This document shows, one piece after another, positions 1 to 9,839 of a stretch of DNA of 64,000 nt. The position numbers were made by a program, and so were the translations under genes. Source of the DNA: Candidatus Kuenenbacteria bacterium (lineage in GTDB: Bacteria; Patescibacteriota; Patescibacteriia; UBA11705; JABHMO01); contig JABMRF010000023.1 in NCBI GenBank assembly GCA_013202715.1, positions 2,327 to 66,326 of the forward strand. Reading direction: 5' to 3'. Position 1 is the stretch's first letter. Each line of letters opens with the position of its first letter. Under the pieces are notes generated by a model. It ran no database searches. It saw nothing but the letters and a program-made list of their open reading frames with translations, and was not told the origin of the DNA.

Positions 1-1140
1 GTAAATCCTGTTAGATCTGTAAAAACAACTGTGCCTTCAATTTCTTCTGCAACTAATTTACCTCGAATCATTTTCTCAGCAACGTGCTGAGGCACCATTG
101 TATAAAGAAGTTTTTCAGTTTCACCGCGCCAATGTTCAGCCTCACCCTTTGCTTCGTTCAACTGACGGGTTCTCTCAACCACTTTATCTTCCAAAGTTTC
201 TACGTAATTTCGAATTGTTGAAAGTTGCGACTCAATCCCCTCTCGATAAGCCTTTTTCGAAATAAAAGAATGAATGGTCAGCTGATAAATCTTGCGCATG
301 AAGCTGAGAGGCTGCCATTCTATTTTGTAAACAAAATAAGGCGCATTAAAAATCTGTTCTTTTTTTAATTCAAGTTTTTCATTAATTTTTAAATCTTTGG
401 TAATTAAAATTCCAATTTTAAATGTATCCAGTTTGTCGTTTGTATCTATTTCACGATATTTTCCGATAAAAAGTGGCTCTCCGTTTGCAAGCTCTGACAA
501 CAAAACAACGCGATGACCTATTTCGAGATCATCAATAAAAATTTTATTATTCTCCCATCGAATCGATTCCCCAGAAAAACGACCAACTTTTTCCAATAAA
601 CGCTCCAAATTATATTCAAAAAGAGGCTCTTCCACTTTTGCATACGGTAAATGCCAAATCTTCGGAACGCCGGCCAAAATTCCTTTTATAAATGAATCGC
701 TAGCAAAATCATCAACAGGATTAACATTATTTTTAAATTTAATTTTTATATAACAGTGATCCTTACCCGGTTTGCAGACAATCAAATCCTTGGTGCGATT
801 AAAAAACTCGTTATATTTTCCAACTTGTTTGTAAACTTCGATCGGACCGAAAATCACACTACCAAATACTTTTTGCAAATATTTAAATGCACCCCAGGAC
901 TCCAGTTCCTGAGCTGACAGGCCCATTTTGTACGGCGCTTCCGGATCTTTTAGAAGTTCTATCGCACGTTGAATAATTTGAGCATAAACTTCCAAGGGAA
1001 TCCAGTTATGCTCATCTTTCAAATACTCAACCGAATAAGGTAAATCTTCCAACAACAAAGCATCGCTACCGACAATTTGTTGCACATAGCGAGCGATAAT
1101 TGTTACATTTCGACAACAGACGTTGTTTTCTTGGGGCATA
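1..1140 (-). CDS. Class III adenylate/guanylate cyclase with a ~290-aa N-terminal domain of unknown type (partial; C-terminus lies outside the window)
   Basis: Minus-strand translation from ATG at 1138-1140 is open to the window edge (the stop lies off-window, so the ORF is absent from the track). It ends ...LYTMVPQHVAEKMIRGKLVAEEIEGTVVFTDLTGFT, the start of a class III nucleotidyl-cyclase catalytic domain, preceded by a coiled-coil (VETLEDKVVERTRQLNEAKGEAEHWRGE). Confidence 0.8.
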
Positions 1141-1145
1141 TAATA

Positions 1146-1210
1146 ATGCGAATATGAGGACTTATGCGAATAAAATAACCTGTAATTCGCATATTCGTGG
1201 CATTCGCATC
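1146..1210. promoter_or_regulatory. Nested operator-like palindromes (4 copies of TGCGAATA/TATTCGCA half-sites) in the divergent cyclase / 1338 promoter region
   Basis: atgcgaatatg ... tatgcgaata ... attcgcatattcg ... cattcgcatc. Two direct plus two inverted copies form nested inverted repeats with a ~12-bp spacer. Confidence 0.4.
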
Positions 1211-1337
1211 AATCTAGTTCACTTCAATCTTACCCAATTTTCGTGATTTAGTCAAAAGCTTACTTGACTATCTCAAAATAATAAACTAAACTCAAACTGT
1301 TCATGAATCGGTCGTTTCACAGCAAAAGGAGGTTGAG

Positions 1338-2402
1338 ATGAACAAAGTCTTTGATGCAAAAAAACTTCTTGTGGATGTTTTCAATCCACTAAAAACCGAC
1401 GTTGTCGCGTTTTTGATTGATCTACCGCATCAAACGTGCGCGGACAATGAAGATTGGCAAGACAGAAGAAAAATGGCTCTTGAGTGGCATCGAGCTATGA
1501 GAGAGCTGGCGCTGGATCGCGGGTTTACAGTTATTCCACCGGTCTATTTTCCAGCAACCGGCATAAACAGTGGACCGTTGCCAGACGAAATCGTTCAAAT
1601 CCTAAGGGGTTGTACACTGGGAATTGCCATGACTGAATTTTCCGCATCCGGTCCGCTTGCAAACCTTTGCAAAGAAGATGAGATTCTCCGTGTGGCTTCC
1701 ATGCCCGGTGTATTGCGCCGAATGGAACGCTCTGCGCTTGGTGCGGATTACAGCATAGTCCAGGATCGGTGCCGACTGCTCGGCAAAATCATGCAGGACG
1801 CGGTCAGTTGCCGAGTAAAATTTTCCAGTTCCAGCAATCACGAGTGTACTTTTGATCTACGTTTCCGCGATGCGCACGAAGACAACGGCCTTTTGCACTT
1901 CGGAAAAAGTGGCATCATCAACCTTCCTTCCGGCGAAGTTTACAAGACTCCGTATGAAGGAGAAAATTCTGATGAAGTTTCTGAAACCAACGGTTATCTA
2001 CCGGTGACATTCAACGGTGAAACGGTTATCTTCGAAGTTCGTGAAAACAAAATTGTTGACGTCACCGGCCACATGGACGGCGTCAGACATTTCCTGGCCT
2101 TCTTCGAGGCTGACCCTGCTCGCAGAAACATTGCTGAATGTGCCTTTGGTGTCAACGACGACGCCATCGTCACCGGCAATGTGCTCGAAGATGAAAAAGC
2201 CGGCTTCCATTGGGCGTACGGCCTCAGCACCCATCTGGGCGGAACTGTAGGACCAGATGCTTTCAATTCACCTGAAACTCAGGTTCACGAAGATTACGTT
2301 TACGCCAAAGAAAGTCCGATCCAGGTTACGAGTGCCGTACTTATCGGCAAGTCCGGCGCAGAAGTAGTTATCATAGAGGATGGCGAGTACGTCATTTTCT
2401 AG
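1338..2402 (+). CDS. Putative M29-family aminopeptidase (aminopeptidase T/S-like)
   Basis: 354-aa ORF with a strong SD (aaaggaggttgagATG). The C-terminal block AECAFGVNDDAIVTGNVLEDEKAGFHWAYGLSTHLGG resembles the M29 'aiGtNp...DEK.G..H.A.G' region. Recalled from memory, not searched. Confidence 0.4.
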   Translation: MNKVFDAKKLLVDVFNPLKTDVVAFLIDLPHQTCADNEDWQDRRKMALEWHRAMRELALDRGFTVIPPVYFPATGINSGPLPDEIVQILRGCTLGIAMTEFSASGPLANLCKEDEILRVASMPGVLRRMERSALGADYSIVQDRCRLLGKIMQDAVSCRVKFSSSSNHECTFDLRFRDAHEDNGLLHFGKSGIINLPSGEVYKTPYEGENSDEVSETNGYLPVTFNGETVIFEVRENKIVDVTGHMDGVRHFLAFFEADPARRNIAECAFGVNDDAIVTGNVLEDEKAGFHWAYGLSTHLGGTVGPDAFNSPETQVHEDYVYAKESPIQVTSAVLIGKSGAEVVIIEDGEYVIF

Positions 2403-2410
2403 AAAAAATA

Positions 2411-2436
2411 ACCACCGAAACAGTTCGGTGGTTTTT
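2411..2436 (+). terminator. Rho-independent terminator after 1338..2402
   Basis: accaccgaaacagttcggtgg hairpin followed by ttttt. Confidence 0.6.
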
Positions 2437-2479
2437 AAATTAAAAATGCCCAAACAACGTTATGTCTGGGCTTTTTTCA

Positions 2480-2872
2480 TTAATATTGAGCAGGTGGGAA
2501 CGACCGACGAGCTTCAGAGGTTTCCTCACCCTTGGGCTTTGGCTTGGGCAAGAGCGCCTCCTGCTTTTCGCCGGCTCTGTCAGAGTACACATCGCACTCC
2601 TCGAAGAGACTGCAGTCGAGGTAGTATACCGCCTCATCTCCAGCATCATTTTTGACTTTCACTTCAGAATAGGCAAAGAAGTTCTTGTCTACCGAAACGA
2701 TCTTTTCAGCTGAATCGTCAGTCTCCTGAATGGCGCTCAGAGCATCAGCTCGAGAAAACCAACGATTTGCCATTACTGTTGGACCAACGAATATAACACA
2801 ACTTCCGATGCATAGAATTGCCATCACGATCATCATCTCAGCCAAAGTAAAACCGGCTTCTCCCCTTCGCAT
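2480..2872 (-). CDS. Prepilin-type (type IV pilin/pseudopilin-like) protein
   Basis: N-terminus MRRGEAGFTLAEMMIVMAILCIG is a class III signal peptide with G|FTLxE and a hydrophobic helix. C-terminus ...RRSFPPAQY. Confidence 0.7.
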   Translation of the reverse strand: MRRGEAGFTLAEMMIVMAILCIGSCVIFVGPTVMANRWFSRADALSAIQETDDSAEKIVSVDKNFFAYSEVKVKNDAGDEAVYYLDCSLFEECDVYSDRAGEKQEALLPKPKPKGEETSEARRSFPPAQY

Positions 2873-2915
2873 CTCTTCCTCCTTGTGCGCGTTAAAACGA
2901 AAACACTAAACCACG

Positions 2916-3230
2916 TTACCAATTGTCGCTACTGCCCATCGGATCACTGAATGGATCCAGTGGATTATCAAGCTTTAGCGGATCCTTGATCGGATTCAGA
3001 GGATCTTGGAACATTCCCCAGCCACCATTGTCGTTATTTGGAGTCTGAGGTTGACTATATTCGGACGTGACTGCATTGTTTTTTGGAACCAACTGAACTT
3101 CTCCAGCTGCTATTTTGAAAACAAAAATAATGAACGCCCAGAGCAAAAACAAAACAAAAAGGGCCAAAAAAACATTCCAACTTGTCAGCCATCGCTTCCA
3201 GTCTTTTTTCATTTTTTCCTCCCAATTCAA
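2916..3230 (-). CDS. Small membrane protein (hypothetical)
   Basis: 104 aa with a single TM (LALFVLFLLWAFIIFVFKI) and a Pro/Asp-rich C-terminus. Confidence 0.4.
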   Translation of the reverse strand: MNWEEKMKKDWKRWLTSWNVFLALFVLFLLWAFIIFVFKIAAGEVQLVPKNNAVTSEYSQPQTPNNDNGGWGMFQDPLNPIKDPLKLDNPLDPFSDPMGSSDNW

Positions 3231-3301
3231 AGAACTATCGATTAGACTAATTTAGCAAATAAAAAACAGGCTGTCAAGTGAAGCCTGATTTAAATTAAAT
3301 T

Positions 3302-4075
3302 TCACCCCACTTCAGTGGGCTACGCACGTTATTAAATACCACGAACAGCGATTAACCACGCGCCGGGTATCGTATCCGGTTAAAACCGGGCAAAATTTAT
3401 TTTATTTTTTCTACCTTTTCCATATCTGCCACAAACGCCTCCTCTGTTTCTAAATCAATATCCAGTGCAATCGTATTAAGAATCAAATTATCAATATATT
3501 CCAATCCATACCTCTTAACCAATTCTTGATAACTTGAAAATCCGTATTGATACAACTTTAACAAATTTTTTACTAAACCATGTTTGTACGGGTTTCCCAA
3601 TATATAACCCAAGACATTAAAAAATGATTTTTCTGTTAAAATTTGTTTTGCCCATCTTTCATTCCACATTCCTCTTCTTTCAAATCCTTGCTTTCGATTT
3701 AACAAAAACGTACTTCCTCCATTTACAATTTGTAAAAATTTTGGAACATCACGCCAATGAGAACTTTTAATTAATATATGATAATGATTAGATAAAATCA
3801 CATACCCATAAATTTTTATACCGAATTTCTTTTGAGCTTTTCTAATTTGCAACTTAATTATCTGTTTTGCGTAATCCTCAACAAAAAACTTGTAGGCTCC
3901 AATAGTCCTACAAGTTATAAAATAAATATTTCCCGTATAATACACGTACCCCATATAGACTAATTTTTATTTACCCCACTTCAGTGGGATACGCACGCCA
4001 CGCACGTTCTTAAATACCACGAACAGCGATTAACCACGCGCCGGGTATCGTATCCGGTTAAAACTGGGCAAAATT
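3302..4075 (-). mobile_element. IS200/IS605-like (RAYT-type) element: HUH transposase flanked by two ~95-bp structured direct repeats
   Basis: Near-identical copies of accccacttcagtggg(c/a)tacgcacg...ttaaataccacgaacagcgattaaccacgcgccgggtatcgtatccggttaaaac(c/t)gggcaaaattta lie at 3302-3395 and 3968-4075, bracketing the tnpA-like ORF. Confidence 0.7.
3397..3954 (-). CDS. tnpA: IS200-like / REP-associated tyrosine transposase (HUH Y1 transposase)
   Basis: HUH motif in YVILSNHYHILIKS, C-terminal Tyr-containing region, ~185 aa, consistent with IS200 TnpA/RAYT. Confidence 0.75.
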   Translation of the reverse strand: MGYVYYTGNIYFITCRTIGAYKFFVEDYAKQIIKLQIRKAQKKFGIKIYGYVILSNHYHILIKSSHWRDVPKFLQIVNGGSTFLLNRKQGFERRGMWNERWAKQILTEKSFFNVLGYILGNPYKHGLVKNLLKLYQYGFSSYQELVKRYGLEYIDNLILNTIALDIDLETEEAFVADMEKVEKIK

Positions 4076-4824
4076 TACTCTAAAAACACCAGCCCAGCCA
4101 TAATCGCAATACCCAAAATCAACATTAATAATTGATATAGAGAATTACACCACTTACATTCCTTGTGAAGCTCGGGAATCAAATCAGATCCGGCAATATA
4201 GACAAATCCACCACCGGCGATTGCTAATAAAACCAATTCAAGTCCAGGAACTGAATTTGAAATTAATAAAGTAATCACCGCGCCCAGGATTGCCAAGGCT
4301 GCTGAGAGAAAATTAAAAAGTAATGCTTTCGCTTTTGAAAATCCGGCGTAAAGCAAAACGCCGAAGTCGCCAATCTCCTGCGGGACTTCGTGAAGGATTA
4401 CAGCCACAGTTGTCGCAATTCCAACAGGAAGACTAACCATAAAAGCGGCCGCAATAATTACGCCGTCCAGAAAATTATGAAATCCATCACCAACCAAATT
4501 TGTAATGGCGAGCGGTTTAAGCTTGTGCTCATGGCTATGATCAACGTGATGGCAGTGATGCCAGTGCACAAACTTTTCTATTATAAAAAAGATAACTATG
4601 CCAAGCAGAAAATATAATCCAATTTGATATGAAAAACCGTGTTCCTCAGTTATTTTCGGAATAATGTGCAAAAACACATCGCCAAGTAGCGCACCGACAG
4701 AAAAACTTACAAAGTATAATAAAAAATGTTCAAGTTTATTCTTTTTCACAACCAAAACCAAGGCTCCGACAAAGGAGATCAGACTAACAATGCAAACACT
4801 TGTAATTGTATATAACCAAATCAT
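4075..4824 (-). CDS. ZIP-family metal (zinc) transporter
   Basis: Multi-TM protein with a His-rich loop (HWHHCHHVDHSHEH) and ZIP signature HEVPQEIGDF. Confidence 0.85.
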   Translation of the reverse strand: MIWLYTITSVCIVSLISFVGALVLVVKKNKLEHFLLYFVSFSVGALLGDVFLHIIPKITEEHGFSYQIGLYFLLGIVIFFIIEKFVHWHHCHHVDHSHEHKLKPLAITNLVGDGFHNFLDGVIIAAAFMVSLPVGIATTVAVILHEVPQEIGDFGVLLYAGFSKAKALLFNFLSAALAILGAVITLLISNSVPGLELVLLAIAGGGFVYIAGSDLIPELHKECKWCNSLYQLLMLILGIAIMAGLVFLE

Positions 4825-4826
4825 AT

Positions 4827-5942
4827 TTAACTTTTTTTCTTTTTAACTTTAACTAAAAAGTGAGCAGCAATAACCGTCGCAATTGGCACTGCTAATATAA
4901 GCCCAATACTACCGGTCAAAGTTCGCACGATCTCTGTGGCAATAACCTCATTATTTAAAACCTGAGATAAACTTACGGAAGAATCAGACCTTGTACTAAA
5001 TAATAGCAACAATGGAAGTGATGCGCCAGCGTAGGCAAGAAACAGAGTATTGGTCATCGAACTGATATGATCCACGCCAACCTTGATCCCCCGCTTAAAA
5101 AGCTCGTAATGAGTGAGGTGATGACTGGCCAACTTAATTTGCTCAATCGTAGAAATCTGACTGATAACAACGTCATCCAAAACACCCAAAGTACCAATTA
5201 TTATTCCAGCTAGCAATAAGCCTTGAAAATTAATCGCAATTCCGCCAGCTCCAACCAAAAACATAGCATCATCCTGCGCTAAACCGGACAAGGCGGTTAG
5301 CTTTGTAAATATTATTGATAATATTCCGGTTATTACTAAACTTATCGCAATGCTCACAACCGCGATATGGGCTTTACGTTTGATTCCCCAAGTAATATAC
5401 ACAATTGCGCCCAAAATCGCAACTGACCCAATAATTGAAACCAAAAGCGGACTGTGCCCGGCCATAATCAAAGGAATTATAAACCACATTATTATTAAAA
5501 ATGTCACAACTAAGCTGATCAACGCTTTGACGCCCTTTCCTTTTCCAACAACGATAATCAAAACCGCAAAAAGCAAAGCCAAAAAATAAAGCCATCCGCG
5601 CCGAACATGATCTGTAACATAATACACCTCTTCTCCGTCTACATTAGTGGAGGCAGTTAGAACGACTTTGTCTCCTTTTTTAGCTGTAACGCTTTTGATG
5701 AGATCAAGGTCATTGATTCCCTCGTAAATAACCTCTTGATCTTCCCATCTCCCCTCTAATCCTATTAGCTTTAAGTTTTGTTGAACAAATTCTGAGCCAT
5801 CCTCACGAGTAACAATATTCTCGTCCATAATTTCAATAACTTTAGCTTCAAAAAGCTGATCTTGGACACTTACTCCCTGCGCAAACACAAAACTTGGCAG
5901 GATTAAACTTACCAAAAATATTAGAATGAATAGTTTTTTCAT
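4827..5942 (-). CDS. Polytopic membrane protein with signal peptide, YibE/F-like
   Basis: Signal peptide, a soluble N-terminal region, then ~8 TM helices. Resemblance to the YibE/F family is recalled, not verified. Confidence 0.45.
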   Translation of the reverse strand: MKKLFILIFLVSLILPSFVFAQGVSVQDQLFEAKVIEIMDENIVTREDGSEFVQQNLKLIGLEGRWEDQEVIYEGINDLDLIKSVTAKKGDKVVLTASTNVDGEEVYYVTDHVRRGWLYFLALLFAVLIIVVGKGKGVKALISLVVTFLIIMWFIIPLIMAGHSPLLVSIIGSVAILGAIVYITWGIKRKAHIAVVSIAISLVITGILSIIFTKLTALSGLAQDDAMFLVGAGGIAINFQGLLLAGIIIGTLGVLDDVVISQISTIEQIKLASHHLTHYELFKRGIKVGVDHISSMTNTLFLAYAGASLPLLLLFSTRSDSSVSLSQVLNNEVIATEIVRTLTGSIGLILAVPIATVIAAHFLVKVKKKKS

Positions 5943-6100
5943 ATGAATAAATTATAGCAAGTTGAGATAAAAAAAGCGAATTAAGCGAACTTAGTGAATT
6001 AAGTTAATTTCCTTTAGGGGAAATTTTTTAATTCCAAGCAATATTCTCTCGATTAACCTGCCTACCGCAGGCAGGCTCGAGATCTGCGAGGAGGAACAAA

Positions 6101-6874
6101 ATGAGAGAAAAGACACTGAGCAAAGAGCAGTTCCTGGCCCAGTACGTGTTCAACCCCAAACTGGCCCGGCACCTCGGGCTGGAGTTGGAGCTCTGGACCG
6201 TTGATCCACAAACTGGGGTACTTATCCCAGCCGCGATTGATGTATTCCAGGAAATCCCTTGTGGGAGTAGATTCAAACCAGAATTACCAGCACACCAGAT
6301 TGAGTACAATTCAGAGCCATGTGAAACAATGCTTGACCTGAAGAAAGATCTGGAACTTGCCTTTGCTGAAATTCGCGGGTTTGAAAAACGGTTCAAATTC
6401 AAAACTGTGTGTCAATCCTTGCCACCAAGTGAGTTTGAACTAACCGTATATCCGAAACCAAGGTATTTGCAAATCATCGAGCAGATTCCCGCTGAGCGCT
6501 TGCGCAATGCGTGGATTGCGGCAACACACATTCACTACGGACTGGAATCTTTTGAACACGGGATCAAACTGCTCAATCACTTCCGAGACAAGATTGATTT
6601 GATCGGTGAGTTGTCCGGCGTAGAGCCAGAGAGAATGGCCATTTACAAAAAAATGGCCGGCACAATTGAACCACCTATCATTGAAGACACTGACCACTTC
6701 TACAAGATCGCGCTTGAACAAGGATTCCTCACAGATCCGCGCCAGTGCTGGTGGTTAGTGAGAATTAACCCAATCGGAACCTTGGAGATAAGAATCTTCA
6801 AGGCAACTAGCGACATCAGCGAGTTGATTGGCTTTGCTGCTCTGGTAAAAGCGTTCATTTCAGAAGCAGGTTAA
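6101..6874 (+). CDS. GCS2/YbdK-like carboxylate-amine ligase (short form)
   Basis: N-terminal LGLELELWTVD (cf. GvEeEf.lvD) and ATHIHYGLE (cf. HvHvGv) motifs. SD gaggagg. At 257 aa it is shorter than typical family members. Confidence 0.4.
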   Translation: MREKTLSKEQFLAQYVFNPKLARHLGLELELWTVDPQTGVLIPAAIDVFQEIPCGSRFKPELPAHQIEYNSEPCETMLDLKKDLELAFAEIRGFEKRFKFKTVCQSLPPSEFELTVYPKPRYLQIIEQIPAERLRNAWIAATHIHYGLESFEHGIKLLNHFRDKIDLIGELSGVEPERMAIYKKMAGTIEPPIIEDTDHFYKIALEQGFLTDPRQCWWLVRINPIGTLEIRIFKATSDISELIGFAALVKAFISEAG

Positions 6875-6881
6875 ATCACAA

Positions 6882-6911
6882 TCCCCCAATCACATCGTTG
6901 GGGGATTTTTT
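6882..6911 (+). terminator. Rho-independent terminator
   Basis: tcccccaatcacatcgttggggga + tttttt. Confidence 0.65.
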
Positions 6912-7039
6912 ATTTATCCCGCAAATGGCGGGATTGACAAACAAAAGAAATGAAGCTAAAGTATCCATGAAAGCAAATTTAATAAAAGCCCTTCTTCGCT
7001 CTATACTTTGTCAGAGCTACGAAGGACGCAGGAGGCAAC

Positions 7040-7234
7040 ATGAACCCAGTAATATCGATTTTGCTTATCATTGCTTTTTATTACTTTGCTTCACTATCCT
7101 CAAGACTTCTTGGCGAAAGTCAGGCAGATCCAGCTTCCATAGTGCTTAAACAAAAGGCCCACTCAGCACTTACAGTCGCAATTATTATATTATTGATATT
7201 GGTCTGGCAGGTGATCGTAATTGTGACCTCGTGA
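7040..7234 (+). CDS. Small 2-TM membrane protein (hypothetical)
   Basis: 64 aa, SD aggagg 8 nt upstream, followed by terminator ttccccaactacattgttggggaa+T8 at 7268-7299. Confidence 0.4.
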   Translation: MNPVISILLIIAFYYFASLSSRLLGESQADPASIVLKQKAHSALTVAIIILLILVWQVIVIVTS

Positions 7235-7367
7235 CTTGCCTTATTCGTGACAATTTGAACAACACAATTCCCCAACTACATTGTTGGGGAATTTTTTTTG
7301 ACATTTCGCAAAGAATAAACTAACCTCTAATTAGTAGCCCTTTTCAATAAACACCGGAGGTAAACAC

Positions 7368-8144
7368 ATGTTTTCCAGTCAGACAGCAAAAGAATTGCTT
7401 GGACAAGAAGCTTGGGAAGAGGGAAAGGTAATCCCACTCATGGAGGGTCCGTACCGCTACCGCATCATAGTGCATTGCTCCGTTCATGGAAGACAAAAGA
7501 CACAGTTTTCAAACGGAATGCAAAATTACTTTAGCTACATCGAGCTGCTGAACAATGCAGGCCAGTGGATTGAGTCGGGCGCAAACATGGTTCCTGTTTT
7601 GCCTGACGGGCGATTTATCATGGTTGTAGAACAGCGGCCCGCACAAAGTCGGTACAAAACTAACAAAAAGGCCTTGATTCAAGGTAAAACCATTGACCTA
7701 GACGTCTTCGGACCGCACAGCTCTCTGGAATTTCCCGGCGGAGCGGTTGATCCCGGTGAAGGCTTGAAAGCAGGATTTCTGCGTGAACTTCAAGAAGAAA
7801 CTGGAGTAAAAGAACAGACCGCTCTATGCTACCAGAGGATTGCCCCCTGCAATGGCTTTGGCTCAGAGCTTGCGCTCCATACACATTGGGGCGTCATCTA
7901 TCTGTCCGGGCTTAGGTTTGAGAGAGAAGTCGACACAGACGGAGGCCTGAGTGTCATGGCACTGACCAGAGGAGAAGTACAGGCCAACATCTGGAGTGGT
8001 GTTATCACTTCAGGGCAAGGTGGCCTCACTTGCTGGTCATTTTTACAGGAAGTTGAGCAAATCAAAGAAGATCCTGAATTGCAAAAGTATCTGATCGACA
8101 TTGGATATCTCTCGGTGGAAGAGCTTCAGCTAACCAACCTATAA
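7368..8144 (+). CDS. NUDIX hydrolase
   Basis: Nudix box PGGAVDPGEGLKAGFLRELQEETGV. SD ggagg. Terminator ccccctcatcacaggggg+T7 at 8152-8177. Confidence 0.8.
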   Translation: MFSSQTAKELLGQEAWEEGKVIPLMEGPYRYRIIVHCSVHGRQKTQFSNGMQNYFSYIELLNNAGQWIESGANMVPVLPDGRFIMVVEQRPAQSRYKTNKKALIQGKTIDLDVFGPHSSLEFPGGAVDPGEGLKAGFLRELQEETGVKEQTALCYQRIAPCNGFGSELALHTHWGVIYLSGLRFEREVDTDGGLSVMALTRGEVQANIWSGVITSGQGGLTCWSFLQEVEQIKEDPELQKYLIDIGYLSVEELQLTNL

Positions 8145-8225
8145 AACATTTCCCCCTCATCACAGGGGGATTTTTTTGTCCACCCTTGCTAATCTTATTA
8201 TTTCCAGTAAAATGGAAGCAAGCCT

Positions 8226-9410
8226 ATGAAGAAAATTATCAAAATCATAATCGTCATAATACTGATCGGACTGATCGGCTGGTTTTCTGTCGAAAAATTC
8301 AAGGATTTTCAAAAAAATAAAGAAGTACGCGCAGCCAAGCAGGCCATAGATGATAAAATAGATCAATTGATTACCGCGCGCCAAAATGCTGATGTAAACG
8401 CAGAAGACGATCCATTTGGCGATAAAGATAGTCTAAAAATACTTTTACTTGGACTCGATTCTCGAATTGGTGACAAAAACGGTCATTGTGATGCAATTCA
8501 ATTTATTGAAATAAACAAAAAAACAAACCAAATCAATATTACCGCCGTTCCACGCGGAACGTATTCCCCTCTTCCGGAATACAGCCCTATTCCAAGTGAG
8601 TACTATATTTCAAAGGCATGTGAAGTTGGCGGACTGGAATATGGGATTGAACAGATTGAAAAAATTCTTGGTCAAAAAGCTGACTATCTGGTTATGGTTG
8701 GCTTTTCAGAAGCAATCGGAATCTTTCGCAATCTAAATCTACCAACAACTGAGACTCTGCAATGGCTTCGAAATCGTCAGAGCTTTGCGATTGGCGAACC
8801 GCAACGGGCGCATAATCATTCGACTTTTATTAAACAAATGATTGTCAAATTCGCACCAAAAAATAATTCTAAGCTGGACACCACTTGGCAATATTTAATT
8901 TACAAGTTACTAAAAACTGACTTATCATTCACACAAGTCAGATTCATTGCCGACACCGTTCAAAGCATAAAACCTAACGAGTATCCGCAGCGGATTCAGA
9001 CGCACATGAGACCAAGCTATGAAATACAAGAAATTAAGTACGACGAAGTCGCTCCTGGCGAACAAGTCAAAAAGCTGCTTGGCTCAATTGTAGATATTTT
9101 GCCGGAAAATGATTATAGCAACGAGAGCTTGGCCGACATCCAGGGTAGATTATTAAAAAAAATAAACCAAAACATTGATGACAAGGAATTCGTACGCTGG
9201 GCATATGACAATCATCTATGGTTACAAATCGAAGATGATCAAGTTCGGCAAGAAACTCACTTTTCTTTATTAAACAAACATCTAGAAAGCTATGATTCAA
9301 ATGAGGACAAAGAACTTCTGATTAGTGAATATATCATTGCTATGCAAGCGCTGAATTTAGTCGAATGGAAAGACAAAGGCAAGGAACTGTTATTTGAACT
9401 TCAGAAATAA
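8226..9410 (+). CDS. LytR-CpsA-Psr (LCP) family cell-envelope protein
   Basis: N-terminal TM anchor, then ILLLGLDSR...DAIQFIEINKKTNQINITAVPRGTY, which is typical of the LCP domain. Confidence 0.6.
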   Translation: MKKIIKIIIVIILIGLIGWFSVEKFKDFQKNKEVRAAKQAIDDKIDQLITARQNADVNAEDDPFGDKDSLKILLLGLDSRIGDKNGHCDAIQFIEINKKTNQINITAVPRGTYSPLPEYSPIPSEYYISKACEVGGLEYGIEQIEKILGQKADYLVMVGFSEAIGIFRNLNLPTTETLQWLRNRQSFAIGEPQRAHNHSTFIKQMIVKFAPKNNSKLDTTWQYLIYKLLKTDLSFTQVRFIADTVQSIKPNEYPQRIQTHMRPSYEIQEIKYDEVAPGEQVKKLLGSIVDILPENDYSNESLADIQGRLLKKINQNIDDKEFVRWAYDNHLWLQIEDDQVRQETHFSLLNKHLESYDSNEDKELLISEYIIAMQALNLVEWKDKGKELLFELQK

Positions 9411-9418
9411 GCTCCGCC

Positions 9419-9447
9419 TTGACTTTCTCAATTATTTGCGATAGTAT
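9419..9447 (+). promoter_or_regulatory. Sigma70-type promoter (TTGACT-17-TAGTAT) upstream of tRNA-Gln
   Basis: ttgact at 9419-9424, 17-nt spacer, tagtat at 9442-9447. Confidence 0.5.
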
Positions 9448-9519
9448 ATTATTAGTTGTTTTGAGTTTTTATTTCAAAATTTAATTATTTATTGTTCATT
9501 CTTCATTGTTAATTATTAT

Positions 9520-9593
9520 TCGGGGATCGTCTAATGGTAGGACACCTGGTTTTGGTCCAGGCAATCTAGGTTCGATTCCTAGTCCCCGAGCCA
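9520..9593 (+). tRNA. tRNA-Gln (anticodon TTG)
   Basis: Manual fold gives acceptor TCGGGGA/TCCCCGA, D-arm GTCT/GGAC, anticodon stem CCTGG/CCAGG with loop TTTTGGT (anticodon TTG), T-arm CTAGG-TTCGATT-CCTAG and an encoded CCA. Terminator hairpin at 9667-9699. Confidence 0.85.
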
Positions 9594-9839
9594 TGAACCA
9601 CTCGCTTCTTTTAAGGAAGGGGGTGGTTTTTGTTTCTAAAGAAGCTCGGGTTCATGGCAAGCAAAAAAAAACGATGAACTTATGTTCGTCGTTTTTTTTT
9701 ATTCTACAATCCTTGTCGACCATGCTCGTCATAATTTTTTGTTTTTTGCTATGAGACAATGTTTGCTTTTAAAAATCTTGACGAGTGGGGATAACATTTT
9801 TCTGGAAGAGAACGAAATAAATTGGCACAATGGTAATAT

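Noticed and set aside
2380-2655. 91-aa and 83-aa + ORFs downstream of 1338..2402
   Set aside because: They overlap two terminator hairpins and the opposite-strand prepilin gene, with no RBS.
9506-9754. 82-aa ORF on the + strand
   Set aside because: It overlaps tRNA-Gln (9520-9593) and its terminator, so it is spurious.
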